Shown here in pieces: positions 30,561-35,316 of a stretch of 35,316 bases of DNA. The DNA comes from Niabella sp. (GTDB taxonomy: Bacteria > Bacteroidota > Bacteroidia > Chitinophagales > Chitinophagaceae). The notes under the pieces are model-generated. The model was not told the DNA's origin. It worked only from the letters and a program-made list of their open reading frames with translations, and searched no databases. How positions within the stretch are numbered: position 1 is the first letter of the stretch; each line of letters begins with the position of its first letter. Where the stretch lies: positions 1 through 35,316 of the forward strand of contig DAOLFI010000001.1 in assembly GCA_035326385.1 (NCBI GenBank), given 5' to 3'. A program made the translations under genes and the position numbers.

Positions 30561-31133
30561 TCAGCTTTGAACAGTTTTTCTTTTGCTAATGTCGCAAAGC
30601 ATGTCCGAATGTATGTTTAATCCAATGTTGGTTATGTTGGATACATGTTCGCTGGAAATGAGATAAACGATTTCACAAATTTCCCGCTCAGAGTAGTAGG
30701 TTGCCATTTTTGAAAAAGTTTGCGGATTAACTTTTTTCTCTTTCGTGAGCTCCCCTGCATAATCCAATGCAGCCTTCTCGGCATCGCTAAACAGAGGGCT
30801 TGAATTATACTCGCTAATAGCGTTGAATTTTTCCTCGTTCATCAGCTCTTTCATTGCCTTGTATCTACCAATATCCATACAAAACGCGCAGATGTTCATT
30901 CGGGCAACTTGGTGGCGAATTAGAAAAATCAATTCTTTGGGCAACACCAGTTTTTTGTCCAACTGATAAACTTTTGCTCCCATCATTCCAAAGGCAATGG
31001 GCAACCTTGCCGAAAACACCTTTACAGGTGTGATCACGGTTCCAAGCTGTCGTTTGGTAAGATAGTAAACCAATTTCATCATTAAGCCTTTGGGCTTTTC
31101 TATTGGCGGTAGAAATGTTTGTGTATTGCTCAT
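30561..31133 (-). CDS. Carboxymuconolactone decarboxylase / AhpD family protein
   Basis: VARMNICAFCMD (CxxC), SPLFSDAEKAALDYA.ELT, YSEREI.EI; start taken at MSNTQTF (31133). Confidence 0.85.
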   Translation of the reverse strand: MSNTQTFLPPIEKPKGLMMKLVYYLTKRQLGTVITPVKVFSARLPIAFGMMGAKVYQLDKKLVLPKELIFLIRHQVARMNICAFCMDIGRYKAMKELMNEEKFNAISEYNSSPLFSDAEKAALDYAGELTKEKKVNPQTFSKMATYYSEREICEIVYLISSEHVSNITNIGLNIHSDMLCDISKRKTVQS

Positions 31134-31203
31134 ACTCCTGTATTTTAAATTTATCGTTCCTCTCTTCTGTTTATTTTGAGTACAAAGGTCAAAACAAAAA
31201 GGA

Positions 31204-31235
31204 ACAATGTTTTTGATAAATGTCAAAAACATTGT
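31204..31235. promoter_or_regulatory. Crp/Fnr-type palindromic operator
   Basis: ACAATGTTTTTGA-TAAATG-TCAAAAACATTGT with perfect 13-bp arms; core TTGAT-N4-GTCAA resembles the FNR box; a Crp/Fnr gene lies 1 kb away. Confidence 0.7.
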
Positions 31236-31299
31236 CTACTAACAGCAATACTTTTGCGTGTAGATTTTCCATTATTAAAAGATAGCAGATAGAATAAAT

Positions 31300-31782
31300 A
31301 TGAACAACAATCCATCAACCCTGCACAAAGTATACTTTAGCGACTGTGATATGTTCGGTCATTTAAATAATGCCCGGTATATAGATTATTTTATAAATGT
31401 AAGAGAAGACCATCTTAGGAGTGCATATAATATAGGAATGACGACTTATTTTCAACAAGAACTCGGATGGTTTATCGGCAGCCATCAAATAAGCTATCTG
31501 CGACCTGCTAAATATGACGAGCTGATTAAGATTTCAAGTCTGCTTCTTCTTGCTACACAAGATTTTTTACTTGTGGAAATGATAATGACTGATGAAAAGG
31601 AAACCCATTTAAAAGCATTGTTGTGGACGAGATTTATACCGGTAAATATAAAAACAGGCAAAAAACAAAAGCACCCGAATGAATTCATGGCTTTTGCAAA
31701 ATCGATCGAAATTTCCAGTGTAGAGCCAAAAAATGATTTTGATGAAAGGCTGAAGTTTATATCTTCTGGTTTTGCAAATTAG
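31300..31782 (+). CDS. Acyl-CoA thioesterase (4HBT/FadM-like hotdog fold)
   Basis: FSDCDMFGHLNNARYIDYF.N.REDH, ISYLRPA; TACTTTTG -7 box at 31249-31256. Confidence 0.88.
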   Translation: MNNNPSTLHKVYFSDCDMFGHLNNARYIDYFINVREDHLRSAYNIGMTTYFQQELGWFIGSHQISYLRPAKYDELIKISSLLLLATQDFLLVEMIMTDEKETHLKALLWTRFIPVNIKTGKKQKHPNEFMAFAKSIEISSVEPKNDFDERLKFISSGFAN

Positions 31783-31810
31783 ATTTAACGACATCTAATG
31801 TTTCAAATGG

Positions 31811-32257
31811 ATGAAGGTTAATAAGAATTATGCCGCTTACTTAGCAGCTTTGTGGTCATTTCTTTTTGGTGTAGTTCACTTCATTTGGGCTGCCGACTTT
31901 TATTGGGGGTTGCCCAAAGAACCGGCTAAGCAAGCTTTTGAAAAAGACTGGTTTTATATTTATAATTTAGTTGCAGGAATGCTTTTTCTTTTTGCTGCTG
32001 GTTTAGCAATGCTACTCGGTAGCAATACAACAAAATGGAAAAGGTCAGTTATCGTTTGTGGCTGGTGTTGTACGATGGTTCTCATTTTCAGAGGAACAGC
32101 GGCAGTTATTCTCTGGCTATATTTTATCATCACTCCACATTCAGGCTATTCGTCAATCAGTATTTGGGATATATGGTTTTTGACAGGTGGATTGCTCTTT
32201 TTGTTAAGTGTATTAAGATTTCAAAGACTTTGTTCGACAAGAAACTATAAACTTTAA
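31811..32257 (+). CDS. Membrane protein (DUF3995-like)
   Basis: Four TM segments; HFIWA, FRG and WFLTGGLLF patterns. Confidence 0.6.
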   Translation: MKVNKNYAAYLAALWSFLFGVVHFIWAADFYWGLPKEPAKQAFEKDWFYIYNLVAGMLFLFAAGLAMLLGSNTTKWKRSVIVCGWCCTMVLIFRGTAAVILWLYFIITPHSGYSSISIWDIWFLTGGLLFLLSVLRFQRLCSTRNYKL

Positions 32258-32289
32258 AGCAAACACAGACAGAGCAAAAATTATATAAA

Positions 32290-32853
32290 TCAAACCTGCG
32301 AACGTATCCTGCTCAATGTTTCTTGTGTAATACCAAGATAAGAAGCAATCATACCAAGCGGCACTCGCTGAATAAATGATGGACTTGTAAGCATCAGTGT
32401 ACGGTAACGCTCTACAGCGGTGGCAAAGTGCAGGTCATCTAATTTACGTTGTAACTGAATTAACCCGAACGATACGAGTTTTCTGGTAAACGTTTCGATG
32501 TCGTGATGTTTATTGCAAAGTTTGTCAAGGTCGTTGTAATGAAGTGAATAAAATACAGCATTTTCCAAAAGTTCTATACCCCTCCTGTCGGGTTGGCGTG
32601 TGATGAAGCTGATGATGGAACAGGCAAACGAGTGTTCATCGCTTATCCAATCTGTAATTTCCTTATCGTCTTTCCAATAATAAGTTCGGGTTAAACCTTT
32701 TTCTATAAAATACAGGTAATTACAAACGGTGTGGGGTTTTATAAGTATGTGTCCTTTGGGTAAGGTTAGCTCTTTCAAACAGGAAGCCAACTCCTGTTTG
32801 CTTTGTTCTGAAAGTTTTGAGTATTGCTCAACCGATGTAAAGAAACTTTCCAT
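32290..32853 (-). CDS. Crp/Fnr family transcriptional regulator
   Basis: LYFIEKGLTRTYY cNMP-binding domain; QRVPLGMIASYLGITQETLSRIR HTH. Confidence 0.93.
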   Translation of the reverse strand: MESFFTSVEQYSKLSEQSKQELASCLKELTLPKGHILIKPHTVCNYLYFIEKGLTRTYYWKDDKEITDWISDEHSFACSIISFITRQPDRRGIELLENAVFYSLHYNDLDKLCNKHHDIETFTRKLVSFGLIQLQRKLDDLHFATAVERYRTLMLTSPSFIQRVPLGMIASYLGITQETLSRIRSQV

Positions 32854-32989
32854 TGTCTGTTTTATAATTTAGTTTCTGTCAAGTTTCTATACATTGTTTA
32901 GTCGGTTTGAGTGGTTTTTAGCTTTGCTGGCAAACGTTACTAATTACGGCTAACGGTACGGCCTGGCGATGTGGCGGTATTCCGTGAGA

Positions 32990-33011
32990 CCTGCCCGTCC
33001 GGTCAGGCGGG
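32990..33011. repeat. Mini-palindromic (REP-like) insertion 1
   Basis: CCTGCCCG-TCCGGT-CAGGCGGG; absent from element B. Confidence 0.7.
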
Positions 33012-33094
33012 CGTTTGCCCGTAACTGCTGCCAAATTTATAAATAAAAGTTCATTGTTTATGCTATAGTCCGGCGTTATTCGTCAGCCGGAACT

Positions 33095-33121
33095 CCTGCC
33101 CGACTGCGTCATTCAGGCGGG
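33095..33121. repeat. Mini-palindromic (REP-like) insertion 2
   Basis: CCTGCCCG-ACTGCGTCATT-CAGGCGGG; splits GCCGGAACT|GAAGCTGA, which is contiguous in B (GCCGAAACCGAAGCTGA). Confidence 0.75.
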
Positions 33122-33203
33122 GAAGCTGAACAGCGAACAAAAAGTTGAGCATATATTCGTCGCGCCGCCATATTGCCAAGCCGAATGTTAGCGGTTCGGC
33201 ATT

Positions 33204-33866
33204 TTATTTCTTTTTTGCCTGTTCAATAAGCTTGTCCAAATCTGTCTTTATTCTTTTTTGTTCTTCAAGCAAGTAGTCGCCTGCAAATGGCGAACCACAG
33301 TCTTGATTGTTTATTTGATGTAATAATTTTCCGCTCTCAAAGTAACTTCTGTCTTCAACGATTTCTGATTTGTCAAAGTCAAATGCTTCGGTGTCGTTAA
33401 TTTCTTTTATTGCAGTCGTGTCGTAATACAAAGGTCGGTTGTATTTATGTCGTTTTTCAAAAACAAAAGAAAGTTGCCCGTTAAGCAAATAATATTCTGT
33501 CAGTAGTTGAAATGTTTCGCCATAGTGTCGTGCTACAATTTTTTCTAATTGTCGGTTTTGGTAATAAAATTTTGCTTCTCCCCCTTCTGTTGATTCTGAT
33601 AATTCTTCGGTGTCAATGGAAGTCCAATTTGTAATTGAGTTAATTCTTTTAAAGTTTTCTCTAATCGGTTTCAGCCTGTCAGTCAAAAAGTCGTTTACAG
33701 GCAAATCTTCTTCGTTAAAAGTTTCTTTTAGTTCAACCGTATCTGTTGTAACTGTATTATTGTTTACCATAATCGTGTCGGAAGCAGTCGTGGTTGTTTG
33801 TTCGGATTTTGATTGTCCGCAACTTGTTAGAAGCAAAAATGTCAATATGTAAATTACCTGTTTCAT
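33204..33866 (-). CDS. Hypothetical lipoprotein (cassette-borne)
   Basis: Lipobox LLTSC-G; STEGGEAKFYY and EYYLLNGQLSFVF; bracketed by elements A and B. Confidence 0.8.
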   Translation of the reverse strand: MKQVIYILTFLLLTSCGQSKSEQTTTTASDTIMVNNNTVTTDTVELKETFNEEDLPVNDFLTDRLKPIRENFKRINSITNWTSIDTEELSESTEGGEAKFYYQNRQLEKIVARHYGETFQLLTEYYLLNGQLSFVFEKRHKYNRPLYYDTTAIKEINDTEAFDFDKSEIVEDRSYFESGKLLHQINNQDCGSPFAGDYLLEEQKRIKTDLDKLIEQAKKK

Positions 33867-33893
33867 TGTCGTTTTGGTGTTGTCTGCTGCTGA

Positions 33894-34091
33894 CCGCTAA
33901 CGAACAGGGCTTTGTGCAGGTTGGGAATTAGTATTCCGTCCGCCCGGAGCCGCTGCAAGGTTTTATTTTTTTTGTTGAAGATAAGTACAAAAGCAAATAG
34001 AAATTCGTCAAGCCGAAACCGAAGCTGATAGTAGCACAAAAGTTCATTGTTCTTCCGTCAGCCCAATTTGCATAAAGCCCAATGTTGGCGG
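33894..34091 (-). repeat. attC-like cassette recombination element B (198 bp)
   Basis: Starts 7 nt after the stop of the 34099 gene. Minus-strand ends CCGCCAAC...GTTAGCGG; 19-bp inner arms 33907-33925 and 34062-34080. Confidence 0.78.
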
Positions 34092-34098
34092 TAGGCTT

Positions 34099-34799
34099 TT
34101 AATTCTGCTTAACAAGAATAGATATGGTATTGGTTTCTATATTTACTCTAGGGTGTGAGCTATCATCAAAATTACTATTCAATTCGCCTTCAAATACCCA
34201 TTTTTTAACCAATCCATTTTTAGTAAAATCTTTCGTAAAGTTTTCCAATCCTTTTTGCTTCAGCCTAAGAGCCTTGCCTCCGCCACTAGGAATACCATTT
34301 ATCATATCCCATTCAGCATAAATTGTATACGGTTCGAATATCAAGTGCAATCCTTTGTCATCCCCATATATAAATTTACCGCTGTCCATTGTTCCCGTTA
34401 ATATCTTCCTGATTTTTTTGCTGGTGTTTTTAGTATCATAAATTACAAATGTTTCTTTTCCGCTGACTTCAGTGTTGTCTAGATGAGGCTCCTTTACTTT
34501 CAGGTATAGCTCAATATATAGTTTGGTTTGGTCATCAGAAATTTTTAAAGTTGCTGTTGAATATAAATCACACTCTCCGTTAAAATTCTTGTCGCCCTTT
34601 ACATGAGGTGGAGTATAAGTATGCCGTACAGCTGTTATGTCATGTTGAATAATACTCTGTGTCGGAGCGTTTACACTGTCAAGCTCCGCATACTCTTCTG
34701 ACTTTTCTATTTTATGAGCAATGCTGTGTAATGAATAACTTTCGTTGTTTGGTTTAGGTTGCTTCCACAACTAAGAAGAATTATAGAATATTCTCTCAT
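34099..34799 (-). pseudogene. Hypothetical lipoprotein with probable -1 frameshift just after the lipobox
   Basis: ATG 34799 reads MREYSIILLSCG then goes out of frame; the 223-aa body (KQPKPNNES...) is in the 34770 frame. Confidence 0.6.
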
Positions 34800-34832
34800 T
34801 GTTAAAGTTTCAAACGGCTTACCGCCACCTCC

Positions 34833-34840
34833 CAAATTTA
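34833..34840 (-). promoter_or_regulatory. Sigma-A -7 box at the head of the cassette array
   Basis: Minus strand TAAATTTG-GGA-GGTGGCGGTAAGC...ATG. Confidence 0.6.
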
Positions 34841-34930
34841 TGTTATCAAGCGTAAGCCCCCATCATTGAAAATCAAAGATATAGCAGTATAAATTTTGTA
34901 TTGTAGTTGCGCCAGTGCAAAAAACTCCCC

Positions 34931-35316
34931 TTATTTAGCCAATACAGAATCCGCCTTTTCAATGCTTGAAAGAACGATGTCTTTCATTTTATTTACCTCT
35001 TCTAACTGGATCTTAAGGTAGTCCACCCTTGCCGGCTCATTCTCTTTTAATGAGTCGTATCTGAATCCTTCCATCCATTCATTCATGGCTACATCCGCAT
35101 AATCCAGGCTTTTAATAGTGCTGTCCAGCAAGGCAATGCGGGCTGTATGGTTTCCTGGTAATTTTTTAAGAGAATCCATTTCCGCCACGACTTCTTTTTG
35201 CAGCCTTTGTAGTTTCGTCATTTTAGGCATAGCTACATCATGTCCGTCCAATACCTGCTGCAGCAGGCTGTCTGATAAAGATTTGGCAGGCTCACCGCTT
35301 TCGCCAGAGTTATTAC
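34931..35316 (-). CDS. Conserved Bacteroidota helical hypothetical protein, probably 5'-truncated by the window edge
   Basis: HDVAMPKM..L and AMNEWMEGF motifs; the frame continues upstream of the Met at 35251. Confidence 0.65.
   Translation of the reverse strand, partial: NNSGESGEPAKSLSDSLLQQVLDGHDVAMPKMTKLQRLQKEVVAEMDSLKKLPGNHTARIALLDSTIKSLDYADVAMNEWMEGFRYDSLKENEPARVDYLKIQLEEVNKMKDIVLSSIEKADSVLAK

Larger units (their letters stand above)
32947..33194 (-). repeat. attC-like cassette recombination element A (248 bp, including two mini-palindrome insertions)
   Basis: Starts 9 nt after the stop of the 33204 gene. Minus-strand ends CCGCTAAC...GTTAGCCG; 19-bp inner arms 32959-32977 and 33165-33183; core aligns with element B. 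Confidence 0.75.

Noticed and set aside
32947-34091. CRISPR array or simple terminators
   Set aside because: Repeats are ~200 bp, divergent and separated by whole genes; the stems enclose more than 130 nt and lack U tails; no cas genes.
1208-34321. Numerous short ORFs from the six-frame track (e.g. 15541-16083, 19272-19748, 27710-28264, 13327-13653)
   Set aside because: They overlap well-supported genes in antisense or alternative frames and show no recognisable motifs.
28430-34840. Complete integron (intI + attI + Pc)
   Set aside because: No tyrosine recombinase ORF in the window; flanks are adk and a conserved hypothetical gene.
1-35316. tRNA/rRNA genes, IS transposases, prophage or defence genes
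   Set aside because: None recognisable in the intergenic regions or ORFs.

Overview
Bacteroidota chromosomal DNA, most likely Chitinophagaceae-like, judged from the SusC/SusD pair, hybrid two-component sensor and TAnnTTTG promoter boxes. Left part: 3' end of asnS, a DUF2490-like gene, a dienelactone hydrolase, then a uronic-acid polysaccharide utilisation locus (heparinase II/III-like lyase, HTCS, SusC, SusD, GH88, DUF2264). Middle: FMN-binding glutamate synthase-like gene, dps, lysS, a frameshifted AT-rich SDR, an outer-membrane beta-barrel, an ECF sigma locus with back-to-back promoters, a Gfo/Idh/MocA oxidoreductase, msrB and adk. Right part (about 28.4-34.9 kb): an AT-rich run of short, unrelated, mostly minus-strand genes. 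Two of them are followed by ~200-bp hairpin elements with integron attC-like ends (CCGCYAAC...GTTAGCSG) and 19-bp inner stems that are conserved in structure but not in sequence. The two ends of individual genes are complementary, as expected for units that circularise and recombine at G|TT. No integrase is in the window. This looks like a decaying, non-canonical gene-cassette array. Two cassette heads are docked 3 nt behind Bacteroidota -7 promoter boxes, and one element carries two mini-palindrome insertions. Product calls come from motif recognition only; no database search was run.
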